64,000 nucleotides of DNA from Eledone cirrhosa. Lineage: Eukaryota. This document shows, piece by piece, positions 38,948 to 53,900 of this stretch; the stretch's first letter is position 1; every line of letters begins with the position of its first letter. Location of the stretch: NCBI GenBank assembly GCA_964016885.1, contig CAXHJY010001472.1, positions 620,001 to 684,000 on the forward strand. The letters are read 5' to 3'. The notes under the pieces are model-generated. The model searched no databases and was not told the DNA's origin. It was given only the letters and a program-made list of their open reading frames with translations. Both the position numbers and the translations under genes were made by a program.

Positions 38948-41900
38948 ACAAATTATCTCCCCCTGATTTTTTTTACAAATTATCTCCACCTGATTTTTAA
39001 AAAAATTATCTCCCCTTGGACGGCTGGAAATTATCTCCCCTTGGCTGGAAATTATCTCCCCTTGGACGGCTAGAAATTATCTCTCTTTGGACGGCTGGAA
39101 ATTATCTCCCTTTGATTTTTTTTACAAATTATCTCCCTCTGATTTTTTTTACAAATCTCCCCCTGATTTTTAAAAAAAAATTATCTCCCCTTCGCTGGCT
39201 GGAAATTATCTCCCCTTGGACACTGGAAATTATAGCCCCTTGGAGGGCTGGAAATTATCTTCCCTTGGACGGCTGGAAATTATCTCCCCTTGATTTTTTT
39301 TACAAATTATCTCCCCCTGATATTTTTTTTACAAATTATCTCCCCCTGATTTTTTTACAAATTATCTCCCCCTGATTTTTTTTACAAATTATCTCCGCCT
39401 GATTTTTTTAAATATTATCTTCCCTTGGCTGGCGGGAAATTATCTCCCCTTGGACGGTTGGAAATTATCTCCCCTTGCACTGCTGGAAATTATCTCCCCT
39501 TGGACGGCTGGAAATTATCTCCCCTTGCACGGCTGGAAATTATCATCCCCTTGGACGGCTGAAAATTATCTCCCCTTGATTTTTTTTTACAAATTATCTG
39601 CCCCTGATTTTTTTTTACAAATTATCTCCCCCTGATTTTTTTTTACAAATTATCTCCGCCTGATTTTTTAAAAAAAATTATCTCCCCTTAGACGGCTGGA
39701 AATTATCTCCCCTTGGACGGCTGGAAATTATCTCCCCTTGGACGGCTAGAAATTGGACGGCTGAAAATTATATCCCCTTGGACGGCTGCAAATTATCTCC
39801 CCTTGATTTTTTTTACAAATTATCTCCCCCTGATTTTTTTTTACAAATTATCTCCCCCTGATTTTTTTTTTACAAATTATCTCCCCCTGATTTTTTTACA
39901 AATTATCTCCCCCTGATTTTTATTACAATCTCCGCCTGATTTTTTAAAAAATTATCTTCCCTTGGCTGGCGGGAAATTATCTCCCCTTGGACGGCGGGAA
40001 ATTATCTCCCCTTGGCTGGAAATTATCTCCCCTTGGACACTGGAAATTATAGCCCCTTGGAGGGCTGGAAATTATCTTCCCTTGGACGGCTGGAAATTAT
40101 CTCCCCTTGATTTTTTTACAAATTATCTGCCCCTGATTTTTTTTTACAAATTATCTCCCCCTGATTTTTTTTTACAAATTATCTACCCCTGATTTTTTTT
40201 ACAAATTATCTCCCCCTGATTTTTTTTTTACAAATTATCTCCCCCTGATTTTTTTAAAAATGATCTCCCCTTGGACGGCTGGAAATGATCTCCCCTTGGC
40301 TGGTTGGAAATTATCTCCCCTTGGACCGCTAGAAATTATCTCTCCTTGGACGGCTGGAAATTATTTCCCCTTGATTTTTTTTACAAATCTCCCCCTAATT
40401 TAAAAAAAAATTATCTCCCCTTCGCTGGCTGGAAATTATCTCCCTTTGGACGGCTGGAAATTATAGCCCCTTGTAGGGCTGGAAATTATCTCCCCTTGGA
40501 CGGCTGGAAATTATCTCCCCTTGATTTTTTTTACAAATTATCTCCCCCTGATTTTTTTAAAAATGATCTCCCCTTGGACGGCTGGAAATGATCTCCCCTT
40601 GGCTGGTTGGAAATGATCTCCCCTTGGCTGGTTGGAAATTATCTCCCCTTGGACCGCTAGAAATTATCTCTCCTTGGATGGCTGGAAATTATCTCCCCTT
40701 GATTTTTCTACAAATTATCTCCCCCTGATTTTTTTTACAAATCTCCCAGTGATTTTTAAAAAAAATTTTCTCCCCTTCGCTGGCTGGAAATTATCTCCCC
40801 TTGGACGCTGGAAATTATAGCCCCTTGGAAGGCTGGAAATTATCTTCCCTTGGACGGCTGGAAATTATCTCCCCTTGATTTTTTTTTACAAATTATCTCC
40901 CCCTGATTTTTTTTTTACAAATTATCTCCCCCTGATTTTTTTTAACAAATTATCTCCGCCTGATTTTTTTAAAAAAATTATCTCCCCTTGGACGGCTGGA
41001 AATTATCTCCCCTTGGACGGCTGGAAATTATCTCCCCTTGGACGGCTAGAAATTACCTCTCCTTGGACGGCTGAAAATTATCTCCCCTTGGACGGCTGCA
41101 AATTATCTCCCCTTGATTTTTTTTACAAATTATCTCCCCTTGATTTTTTTTTATAAATTATCTCCCCCTGATTTTTTTTACAAATTATCTTCCCTTGGAC
41201 GGCTGGAAATTATCTCCCCTTGGAAGGATGGAAATTATCTCCCCTTGGACGGCTGGAAATTATCTCCCCTTGCACGGCTGGAAATTATCTCCCCTTGGAC
41301 AGCTGGAAATTATCTGCCCTTGATTTTTTTTACAAATTATCTCCCCCTGATTTTTTTTTACAAATTATCTCCCCCTGATTTTTTTTTTACAAATTATCTC
41401 CGCCTGATTTTTTTTTAAAATTATCTCCCCTTGGACGGCTGGAAATTATCTCCCCTTGGACGGCTGGAAATTATCTTCCCTTGGACGGCTAGAAATTACC
41501 TCTCCTTGGACGGCTGAAAATTATCTCCCCTTGGACGGCTGGAAATTATCTCCCCTTGATTTTTTTACAAATTATCTGCCCCTGATTTTTTTTTACAAAT
41601 TATCTCCCCCTGATTTTTTTTTACAAATTATCTTCCCCTGATTTTTTTTTACTAATTATCTCCCCCTGATTTTTTTTTTACAAATTATCTCCCCCTGATT
41701 TTTTTACAAATTATCTCCCCCTGATTTTTTTTACAATCTCCGCCTGATTTTTTAAAAAATTATCTTCCCTTGGCTGGCGGGAAATTATCTCCCCTTGGAC
41801 GGCTGGAAATTATCTCCCCTTGGCTGGAAATTATCTCCCCTTGGACACTGGAAATTATAGCCCCTTGGAGGGCTGGAAATTATCTTCCCTTGGACGGCTG

Positions 41901-44900
41901 GAAATTATCTCCCCTTGATTTTTTTACAAATTATCTGCCCCTGATTTTTTTTTTACAAATTATCTCCCCCTGATTTTTTTTTACAAATTATCTACCCCTG
42001 ATTTTTTTTACATATTATCTCCCCCTGATTTTTTTTTACAAATTATCTCCCCCTGATTTTTTTAAAAATGATCTCCCCTTGGACGGCTGGAAATGATCTC
42101 CCCTTGGCTGGTTGGAAATTATCTCCCCTTGGACCGCTAGAAATTATCTCTCCTTGGACGGCTGGAAATTATTTCCCCTTGATTTTTTTTACAAATCTCC
42201 CCCTAATTTAAAAAAAAATTATCTCCCCTTCGCTGGCTGGAAATTATCTCCCTTTGGACGGCTGGAAATTATAGCCCCTTGTAGGGCTGGAAATTATCTC
42301 CCCTTGGACGGCTGGAAATTATCTCCCCTTGATTTTTTTTACAAATTATCTCCCCCTGATTTTTTTAAAAATGATCTCCCCTTGGACGGCTGGAAATGAT
42401 CTCCCCTTGGCTGGTTGGAAATTATCTCCCCTTGGACCGCTAGAAATTATCTCTCCTTGGATGGCTGGAAATTATCTCCCCTTGATTTTTTTACAAATTA
42501 TCTCCCCCTGATTTTTTTTACAAATCTCCCAGTGATTTTTAAAAAAAATTTTCTCCCCTTCGCTGGCTGGAAATTATCTCCCCTTGGACGCTGGAAATTA
42601 TAGCCCCTTGGAAGGCTGGAAATTATCTTCCCTTGGACGGCTGGAAATTATCTCCCCTTGATTTTTTTTTACAAATTATCTCCCCCTGATTTTTTTTTTA
42701 CAAATTATCTCCCCCTGATTTTTTTAACAAATTATCTCCGCCTGATTTTTTTAAAAAAATTATCTCCCCTTGGACGGCTGGAAATTATCTCCCCTTGGAC
42801 GGCTGGAAATTATCTCCCCTTGGACGGCTAGAAATTACCTCTCCTTGGACGGCTGAAAATTATCTCCCCTTGGACGGCTGCAAATTATCTTCCCTTGATT
42901 TTTTTTACAAATTATCTACCCTTGATTTTTTTTTACAAATTATCTCCCCCTGATTTTTTTTACAAATTATCTTCCCTTGGACGGCTGGAAATTATCTCCC
43001 ATTGGAAGGATGGAAATTATCTCCCCTTGGACGGCTGGAAATTATCTCCCCTTGCACGGCTGGAAATTATCTCCCCTTGGACAGCTGGAAATTATCTGCC
43101 CTTGATTTTGTTTTTACAAATTATCTCCCCCTGATTTTTTTTACAAATTATCTCCACCTGATTTTTAAAAAAATTATCTCCCCTTGGACGGCTGGAAATT
43201 ATCTCCCCTTGGCTGGAAATTATCTCCCCTTGGACGGCTAGAAATTATCTCTCTTTGGACGGCTGGAAATTATCTCCCTTTGATTTTTTTAACAAATTAA
43301 CTCCCTCTGATTTTTTTTACAAATCTCCCCCTGATTTTTTTAAAAAAATTATCTCCCCTTCGCTGGCTGGAAATTATCTCCCCTTGGACACTGGAAATTA
43401 TAGCCCCCTGGAGGGCTGGAAATTATCTTCCCTTGGACGGCTGGAAATTATCTCCCCTTGATTTTTTTTACAAATTATCTCCCCCTGATTTTTTTTTACA
43501 AATTATCTCCCCCTGATATTTTTTTTACAAATTATCTCCGCCTGATTTTTTTAAAAAAATTATCTCCCCTTGGACTGCTGGAAATTATCTCCCCTTGGAC
43601 GGCTGGAAATTATCTCCCCTTGGACGGCTAGAAATTACCTCTCCTTGGACGGCTGAAAATTATCTCCCCTTGGACGGCTGCAAATTATCTCCCCTTGATT
43701 TTTATTACAAATTATCTCCCCTTGATTTTTTTTTATAAATTATCTCCCCCTGATTTTTTTTACAAATTATCTTCCCTTGGACGGCTGGAAATTATCTCCC
43801 CTTGGAAGGATGGAAATTATCTCCCCTTGGACGGCTGGAAATTATCTCCCCTTGCACGGCTGGAAATTATCTCCCCTTGGACAGCTGGAAATTATCTGCC
43901 CTTGATTTTTTTTTACAAATTATCTCCCCCTGATTTTTTTTTACAAATTATCTCCCCCTGATTTTTTTTTTACAAATTATCTCCGCCTGATTTTTTTTTA
44001 AAATTATCTCCCCTTGGACGGCTGGAAATTATCTCCCCTTGGACGGCTGGAAATTATCTTCCCTTGGACGGCTAGAAATTACCTCTCCTTGGACGGCTGA
44101 AAATTATCTCCCCTTGGACGGCTGGAAATTATCTCCCCTTGATTTTTTTACAAATTATCTGCCCCTGATTTTTTTTTACAAATTATCTCCCCCTGATTTT
44201 TTTTTACAAATTATCTCCCCCTGATTTTTTTTTACTAATTATCTCCCCCTGATTTTTTTTTTACAAATTATCTCCCCCTGATTTTTTTACAAATTATCTC
44301 CCCCTGATTTTTTTTACAATCTCCGCCTGATTTTTTAAAAAATTATCTTCCCTTGGCTGGCGGGAAATTATCTCCCCTTGGACGGTTGGAAATTATCTCC
44401 CCTTGGCTGGAAATTATCTCCCCTTGGACACTGGAAATTATAGCCCCTTGGAGGGCTGGAAATTATCTTCCCTTGGACGGCTGGAAATTATCTCCCCTTG
44501 ATTTTTTTACAAATTATCTGCCCCTGATTTTTTTTTTACAAATTATCTCCCCCTGATTTTTTTTTACAAATTATCTACCCCTGATTTTTTTTACAAATTA
44601 TCTCCCCCTGATTTTTTTTTTACAAATTATCTCCCCCTGATTTTTTTAAAAATGATCTCCCCTTGGACGGCTGGAAATGATCTCCCCTTGGCTGGTTGGA
44701 AATTATCTCCCCTTGGACCGCTAGAAATTATCTCTCCTTGGACGGCTGGAAATTATTTCCCCTTGATTTTTTTTACAAATCTCCCCCTAATTTAAAAAAA
44801 AATTATCTCCCCTTCGCTGGCTGGAAATTATCTCCCTTTGGACGGCTGGAAATTATAGCCCCTTGTAGGGCTGGAAATTATCTCCCCTTGGACGGCTGGA

Positions 44901-47900
44901 AATTATCTCCCCTTGATTTTTTTTACAAATTATCTCCCCCTGATTTTTTTAAAAATGATCTCCCCTTGGACGGCTGGAAATGATCTCCCCTTGGCTGGTT
45001 GGAAATTATCTCCCCTTGGACCGCTAGAAATTATCTCTCCTTGGATGGCTGGAAATTATCTCCCCTTGATTTTTTTACAAATTATCTCCCCCTGATTTTT
45101 TTTACAAATTATCTCCGCCTGATTTTTTTAAAAAAATTATCTCCCCTTGGACGGCTGGAAATTATCTCCCCTTGGACGGCTGGAAATTATCTCCCCTTGG
45201 ACGGCTAGAAATTACCTCTCCTTGGACGGCTGAAAATTATCTCCCCTTGGACGGCTGCAAATTATCTCCCCTTGATTTTTTTTACAAATTATCTCCCCTT
45301 GATTTTTTTTTACAAATTATCTCCCCCTGATTTTTTTTACAAATTATCTTCCCTTGGACGGCTGGAAATTATCTCCGCTTGGAAGGATGGAAATTATCTC
45401 CCCTTGGACGGCTGGAAATTATCTCCCCTTGCACGGCTGGAAATTATCTCCCCTTGGACAGCTGGAAATTATCTGCCCTTGATTTTGTTTTTACAAATTA
45501 TCTCCCCCTGATTTTTTTTACAAATTATCTCCACCTGATTTTTTTAAAAATTATCTCCCCTTGGACGGCTGGAAATTATCTCCCCTTGGACGGCTAGAAA
45601 TTATCTCTCTTTGGACGGCTGGAAATTATCTCCCTTTGATTTTTTAACAAATTATCTCCCTCTGATTTTTTTTACAAATCTCCCCCTGATTTTTTTACAA
45701 ATTATCTCCCCCTGATTTTTTTTACAATCTCCGCCTGATTTTTTAAAAAATTATCTTCCCTTGGCTGGCGGGAAATTATCTCCCCTTGGACGGCTGGAAA
45801 TTTTCTCCCCTTGGCTGGAAATTATCTCCCCTTGGACACTGGAAATTATAGCCCCTTGGAGGGCTGGAAATTATCTTCCCTTGGACGGCTGGAAATTATC
45901 TCCCCTTGATTTTTTTACAAATTATCTGCCCCTGATTTTTTTTTACAAATTATCTCCCCCTGATTTTTTTTTACAAATTATCTACCCCTGATTTTTTTTA
46001 CAAATTATCTCCCCCTGATTTTTTTTTTACAAATTATCTCCCCCTGATTTTTTTAAAAATGATCTCCCCTTGGACGGCTGGAAATGATCTCCCCTTGGCT
46101 GGTTGGAAATTATCTCCCCTTGGACCGCTAGAAATTATCTCTCCTTGGACGGCTGGAAATTATTTCCCCTTGATTTTTTTTACAAATCTCCCCCTAATTT
46201 AAAAAAAAATTATCTCCCCTTCGCTGGCTGGAAATTATCTCCCTTTGGACGGCTGGAAATTATAGCCCCTTGTAGGGCTGGAAATTATCTCCCCTTGGAC
46301 GGCTGGAAATTATCTCCCCTTGATTTTTTTTACAAAATATCTCCCCCTGATTTTTTTAAAAATGATCTCCCCTTGGACGGCTGGAAATGATCTCCCCTTG
46401 GCTGGTTGGAAATTATCTCCCCTTGGACCGCTAGAAATTATCTCTCCTTGGATGGCTGGAAATTATCTCCCCTTGATTTTTCTACAAATTATCTCCCCCT
46501 GATTTTTTTTACAAATCTCCCAGTGATTTTTAAAAAAAATTTTCTCCCCTTCGCTGGCTGGAAATTATCTCCCCTTGGACGCTGGAAATTATAGCCCCTT
46601 GGAAGGCTGGAAATTATCTTCCCATGGACGGCTGGAAATTATCTCCCCTTGATTTTTTTTTACAAATTATCTCCCCCTGATTTTTTTTTTACAAATTATC
46701 TCCCCCTGATTTTTTTTAACAAATTATCTCCGCCTGATTTTTTTAAAAAAATTATCTCCCCTTGGACGACTGGAAATTATCTCCCCTTGGACGGCTGGAA
46801 ATTATCTCCCCTTGGACGGCTAGAAATTACCTCTCCTTGGACGGCTGAAAATTATCTCCCCTTGGACGGCTGCAAATTATCTCCCCTTGATTTTTTTTAC
46901 AAATTATCTCCCCTTGATTTTTTTTTATAAATTATCTCCCCCTGATTTTTTTTACAAATTATCTTCCCTTGGACGGCTGGAAATTATCTCCCCTTGGAAG
47001 GATGGAAATTATCTCCCCTTGGACGGCTGGAAATTATCTCCCCTTGCACGGCTGGAAATTATCTCCCCTTGGACAGCTGGAAATTATCTGCCCTTGATTT
47101 TTTTTTTACAAATTATCTCCCCCTGATTTTTTTTTACAAATTATCTCCCCCTGATTTTTTTTTTACAAATTATCTCCGCCTGATTTTTTTTTTAAATTAT
47201 CTCCCCTTGGACGGCTGGAAATTATCTCCCCTTGGACGGCTGGAAATTATCTTCCCTTGGACGGCTAGAAATTACCTCTCGTTGGACGGCTGAAAATTAT
47301 CTCCCCTTGGACGGCTGGAAATTATCTCCCCTTGATTTTTTTACAAATTATCTGCCCCTGATTTTTTTTTACAAATTATCTCCCCCTGATTTTTTTTTAC
47401 AAATTATCTCCCCCTGATTTTTTTTTACAAATTATCTCCCCCTGATTTTTTTTTTACAAATTATCTCCCCCTGATTTTTTTACAAATTATCTCCCCCTGA
47501 TTTTTTTTACAATCTCCGCCTGATTTTTTAAAAAATTATCTTCCCTTGGCTGGCGGGAAATTATCTCCCCTTGGACGGCTGGAAATTATCTCCCCTTGGC
47601 TGGAAATTATCTCCCCTTGGACACTGGAAATTATAGCCCCTTGGAGGGCTGGAAATTATCTTCCCTTGGACGGCTGGAAATTATCTCCCCTTGATTTTTT
47701 TACAAATTATCTGCCCCTGATTTTTTTTTACAAATTATCTCCCCCTGATTTTTTTTTACAAATTATCTACCCCTGATTTTTTTTACAAATTATCTCCCCC
47801 TGATTTTTTTTTTACAAATTATCTCCCCCTGATTTTTTTAAAAATGATCTCCCCTTGGACGGCTGGAAATGATCTCCCCTTGGCTGGTTGGAAATTATCT

Positions 47901-50900
47901 CCCCTTGGACCGCTAGAAATTATCTCTCCTTGGACGGCTGGAAATTATTTCCCCTTGATTTTTTTTACAAATCTCCCCTTAATTTAAAAAAAAATTATCT
48001 CCCCTTCGCTGGCTGGAAATTATCTCCCTTTGGACGGCTGGAAATTATAGCCCCTTGTAGGGCTGGAAATTATCTCCCCTTGGACGGCTGGAAATTATCT
48101 CCCCTTGATTTTTTTTACAAATTATCTCCCCCTGATTTTTTTAAAAATGATCTCCCCTTGGACGGCTGGAAATGATCTCCCCTTGGCTGGATGGAAATTA
48201 TCTCCCCTTGGACCGCTAGAAATTATCTCTCCTTGGATGGCTGGAAATTATCTCCCCTTGATTTTTTTACAAATTATCTCCCCCTGATTTTTTTTACAAA
48301 TCTCCCAGTGATTTTTAAAAAAAATTTTCTCCCCTTCGCTGGCTGGAAATTATCTCCCCTTGGACGCTGGAAATTATAGCCCCTTGGAAGGCTGGAAATT
48401 ATCTTCCCTTGGACGGCTGGAAATTATCTCCCCTTGATTTTTTTTTACAAATTATCTCCCCCTGATTTTTTTTTTTACAAATTATCTCCCCCTGATTTTT
48501 TTTAACAAATTATCTCCGCCTGATTTTTTTAAAAAAATTATCTCCCCTTGGACGGCTGGAAATTATCTCCCCTTGGACGGCTGGAAATTATCTCCCCTTG
48601 GACGGCTAGAAATTACCTCTCCTTGGACGGCTGAAAATTATCTCCCCTTGGACGGCTGCAAATTATCTCCCCTTGATTTTTTTTACAAATTATCTCCCCT
48701 TGATTTTTTTTTACAAATTATCTCCCCCTGATTTTTTTTACAAATTATCTTCCCTTGGACGGCTGGAAATTATCTCCCCTTGGAAGGATGGAAATTATCT
48801 CCCCTTGGACGGCTGGAAATTATCTCCCCTTGCACGGCTGGAAATTATCTCCCCGTGGACAGCTGGAAATTATCTGCCCTTGATTTTGTTTTTACAAATT
48901 ATCTCCCCCTGATTTTTTTTACAAATTATCTCCACCTGATTTTTTTAAAAATTATCTCCCCTTGGACGGCTGGAAATTATCTCCCCTTGGCTGGAAATTA
49001 TCTCCCCTTGGACGGCTAGAAATTATCTCTCTTTGGACGGCTGGAAATTATCTCCCTTTGATTTTTTTAACAAATTATCTCCCTCTGATTTTTTTTACAA
49101 ATCTCCCCCTGATTTTTTTAAAAAAATTATCTCCCCTTCGCTGGCTGGAAATTATCTCCCCTTGGACACTGGAAATTATAGCCCCCTGGAGGGCTGGAAA
49201 TTATCTTCCCTTGGACGGCTGGAAATTATCTCCCCTTGATTTTTTTTACAAATTATCTCCCCCTGATTTTTTTTTACAAATTATCTCCCCCTGATTTTTT
49301 TTACAAATTATCTCCCCCTGATTTTTTTTTACAAATTATCTCCCCCTGATATTTTTTTTACAAATTATCTCCGCCTGATTTTTTTAAAAAAATTATCTCC
49401 CCTTGGACGGCTGGAAATTATCTCCCCTTGGACGGCTGGAAATTATCTCCCCTTGGACGGCTAGAAATTACCTCTCCTTGGACGGCTGAAAATTATCTCC
49501 CCTTGGACGGCTGCAAATTATCTCCCCTTGATTTTTTTTACAAATTATCTCCCCTTGATTTTTTTTTATAAATTATCTCCCCCTGATTTTTTTTACAAAT
49601 TATCTTCCCTTGGACGGCTGGAAATTATCTCCCCTTGGAAGGATGGAAATTATCTCCCCTTGGACGGCTGGAAATTATCTCCCCTTGCACGGCTGGAAAT
49701 TATCTCCCCTTGGACAGCTGGAAATTATCTGCCCTTGATTTTTTTTTACAAATTATCTCCCCCTGATTTTTTTTTACAAATTATCTCCCCCTGATTTTTT
49801 TTTTACAAATTATCTCCGCCTGATTTTTTTTTAAAATTATCTCCCCTTGGACGGCTGGAAATTATCTCCCCTTGGACGGCTGGAAATTATCTTCCCTTGG
49901 ACGGCTAGAAATTACCTCTCCTTGGACGGCTGAAAATTATCTCCCCTTGGACGGCTGCAAATTATCTCCCCTTGATTTTTTTTACAAATTATCTCCCCTT
50001 GATTTTTTTTTATATATTATCTCCCCCTGATTTTTTTTACAAATTATCTTCCCTTGGACGGCTGGAAATTATCTCCCCTTGGAAGGATGGAAATTATCTC
50101 CCCTTGGACGGCTGGAAATTATCTCCCCTTGCACGGCTGGAAATTATCTCCCCTTGGACGGCTGGAAATTATCTCCCCTTGATTTTTTTACAAATTATCT
50201 GCCCCTGATTTTTTTTTACAAATTATCTCCCCCTGATTTTTTTTTACAAATTATCTCCCCCTGATTTTTTTTTACAAATTATCTCCCCCTGATTTTTTTT
50301 TTACAAATTATCTCCCCCTGATTTTTTTACAAATTATCTCCCCCTGATTTTTTTTACAATCTCCGCCTGATTTTTTAAAAAATTATCTTCCCTTGGCTGG
50401 CGGGAAATTATCTCCCCTTGGACGGCTGGAAATTATCTCCCCTTGGCTGGAAATTATCTCCCCTTGGACACTGGAAATTATAGCCCCTTGGAGGGCTGGA
50501 AATTATCTTCCCTTGGACGGCTGGAAATTATCTCCTCTTGATTTTTTTACAAATTATCTGCCCCTGATTTTTTTTTTACAAATTATCTCCCCCTGATTTT
50601 TTTTTTACAAATTATCTACCCCTGATTTTTTTTACAAATTATCTCCCCCTGATTATTTTTTTACAAATTATCTCCCCCTGATTTTTTAAAAAATGATCTC
50701 CCCTTGGACGGCTGGAAATGATCTCCCCTTGGCTGGTTGGAAATTATCTCCCCTTGGACCGCTAGAAATTATCTCTCCTTGGACGGCTGGAAATTATTTC
50801 CCCTTGATTTTTATTACAAATCTCCCCCTAATTTAAAAAAAAATTATCTCCCCTTCGCTGGCTGGAAATTATCTCCCTTTGGACGGCTGGAAATTATAGC

Positions 50901-53900
50901 CCCTTGTAGGGCTGGAAATTATCTCCCCTTGGACGGCTGGAAATTATCTCCCCTTGATTTTTTTTACAAATTATCTCCCCCTGATTTTTTTAAAAATGAT
51001 CTCCCCTTGGACGGCTGGAAATGATCTCCCCTTGGCTGGTTGGAAATTATCTCCCCTTGGACCGCTAGAAATTATCTCTCCTTGGATGGCTGGAAATTAT
51101 CTCCCCTTGATTTTTTTACAAATTATCTCCCCCTGATTTTTTTTACAAATCTCCCAGTGATTTTTAAAAAAAATTTTCTCCCCTTCGCTGGCTGGAAATT
51201 ATCTCCCCTTGGACGCTGGAAATTATAGCCCCTTGGAAGGCTGGAAATTATCTTCCCTTGGACGGCTGGAAATTATCTCCCCTTGATTTTTTTTTACAAA
51301 TTATCTCCCCCTGATTTTTTTTTTACAAATTATCTCCCCCTGATTTTTTTTAACAAATTATCTCCGCCTGATTTTTTTAAAAAAATTATCTCCCCTTGGA
51401 CGGCTGGAAATTATCTCCCCTTGGACGGCTGGAAATTATCTCCCCTTGGACGGCTAGAAATTACCTCTCCTTGGATGGCTGAAAATTATCTCCCCTTGGA
51501 CGGCTGCAAATTATCTCCCCTTGATTTTTTTTACAAATTATCTCCCCTTGATTTTTTTTATAAATTATCTCCCCCTGATTTTTTTTACAAATTATCTTCC
51601 CTTGGACGGCTGGAAATTATCTCCCCTTGGAAGGATGGAAATTATCTCCCCTTGGACGGCTGGAAATTATCTCCCCTTGCACGGCTGGAAATTATCTCCC
51701 CTTGGACAGCTGGAAATTATCTGCCCTTGATTTTTTTTTACAAATTATCTCCCCCTGATTTTTTTTTACAAATTATCTCCCCCTGATTTTTTTTTTACAA
51801 ATTATCTCCGCCTGATTTTTTTTTTAAATTATCTCCCCTTGGACGGCTGGAAATTATCTCCCCTTGATTTTTTTACAAATTATCTGCCCCTGATTTTTTT
51901 TTACAAATTATCTCCCCCTGATTTTTTTTTACAAATTATCTCCCCCTGATTTTTTTTTACTAATTATCTCCCCCTGATTTTTTTTTTACAAATTATCTCC
52001 CCCTGATTTTTTTACAAATTATCTCCCCCTGATTTTTTTTACAATCTCCGCCTGATTTTTTAAAAAATTATCTTCCCTTGGCTGGCGGGAAATTATCTCC
52101 CCTTGGACGGTTGGAAATTATCTCCCCTTGGCTGGAAATTATCTCCCCTTGGACACTGGAAATTATAGCCCCTTGGAGGGCTGGAAATTATCTTCCCTTG
52201 GACGGCTGGAAATTATCTCCCCTTGATTTTTTTTTACAAATTATCTCCCCCTGATTTTTTTTTTACAAATTATCTCCGCCTGATTTTTTTAAAAAAATTA
52301 TCTCCCCTTGGACGGCTGGAAATTATCTCCCCTTGGACGGCTGGAAATTATCTCCCCTTGGACGGCTAGAAATTATCTCCCCTTGATTTTTTTTACAAAT
52401 TATCTCCCCTTGATTTTTTTTTATAAATTATCTCCCCCTGATTTTTTTTACAAATTATCTTACCTTGGACGGCTGGAAATTATCTCCCCTTGGAAGGATG
52501 GAAATTATCTCCCCTTGGACGGCTGGAAATTATCTCCCCTTGCACGGCTGGAAATTATCTCCCCTTGGACAGCTGGAAATTATCTGCCCTTGATTTTTTT
52601 TTACAAATTATCTCCCCATGATTTTTTTTTACAAATTATCTCCCCCTGATTTTTTTTTTACAAATTATCTCCGCCTGATTTTTTTTTAAAATTATCTCCC
52701 CTTGGACGGCTGGAAATTATCTCCCCTTGGACGGCTGGAAATTATCTTCCCTTGGACGGCTAGAAATTACCTCTCCTTGGACAGCTGGAAATTATCTGCC
52801 CTTGATTTTGTTTTTACAAATTATCTCCCCCTGATTTTTTTTACAAATTATCTCCACCTGATTTTTAAAAAAATTATCTCCCCTTGGACGGCTGGAAATT
52901 ATCTCCCCTTGGCTGGAAATTATCTCCCCTTGGACGGCTAGAAATTATCTCTCTTTGGACGGCTGGAAATTATCTCCCTTTGATTTTTTTAACAAATTAT
53001 CTCCCTCTGATTTTTTTTACAAATCTCCCCCTGATTTTTTTAAAAAAATTATCTCCCCTTCGCTGGCTGGAAATTATCTCCCCTTGGACACTGGAAATTA
53101 TAGCCCCCTGGAGGGCTGGAAATTATCTTCCCTTGGACGGCTGGAAATTATCTCCCCTTGATTTTTTTTACAAATTATCTCCCCCTGATTTTTTTTTACA
53201 AATTATCTCCCCCTGATATTTTTTTTACAAATTATCTCCGCCTGATTTTTTTAAAAAAATTATCTCCCCTTGGACTGCTGGAAATTATCTCCCCTTGGAC
53301 GGCTGGAAATTATCTCCCCTTGGACGGCTAGAAATTACCTCTCCTTGGACGGCTGAAAATTATCTCCCCTTGGACGGCTGCAAATTATCTCCCCTTGATT
53401 TTTATTACAAATTATCTCCCCTTGATTTTTTTTTATAAATTATCTCCCCCTGATTTTTTTTACAAATTATCTTCCCTTGGACGGCTGGAAATTATCTCCC
53501 CTTGGAAGGATGGAAATTATCTCCCCTTGGACGGCTGGAAATTATCTCCCCTTGCACGGCTGGAAATTATCTCCCCTTGGACAGCTGGAAATTATCTGCC
53601 CTTGATTTTTTTTTACAAATTATCTCCCCCTGATTTTTTTTTACAAATTATCTCCCCCTGATTTTTTTTTTACAAATTATCTCCGCCTGATTTTTTTTTA
53701 AAATTATCTCCCCTTGGACGGCTGGAAATTATCTCCCCTTGGACGGCTGGAAATTATCTTCCCTTGGACGGCTAGAAATTACCTCTCCTTGGACGGCTGA
53801 AAATTATCTCCCCTTGGACGGCTGGAAATTATCTCCCCTTGATTTTTTTACAAATTATCTGCCCCTGATTTTTTTTTACAAATTATCTCCCCCTGATTTT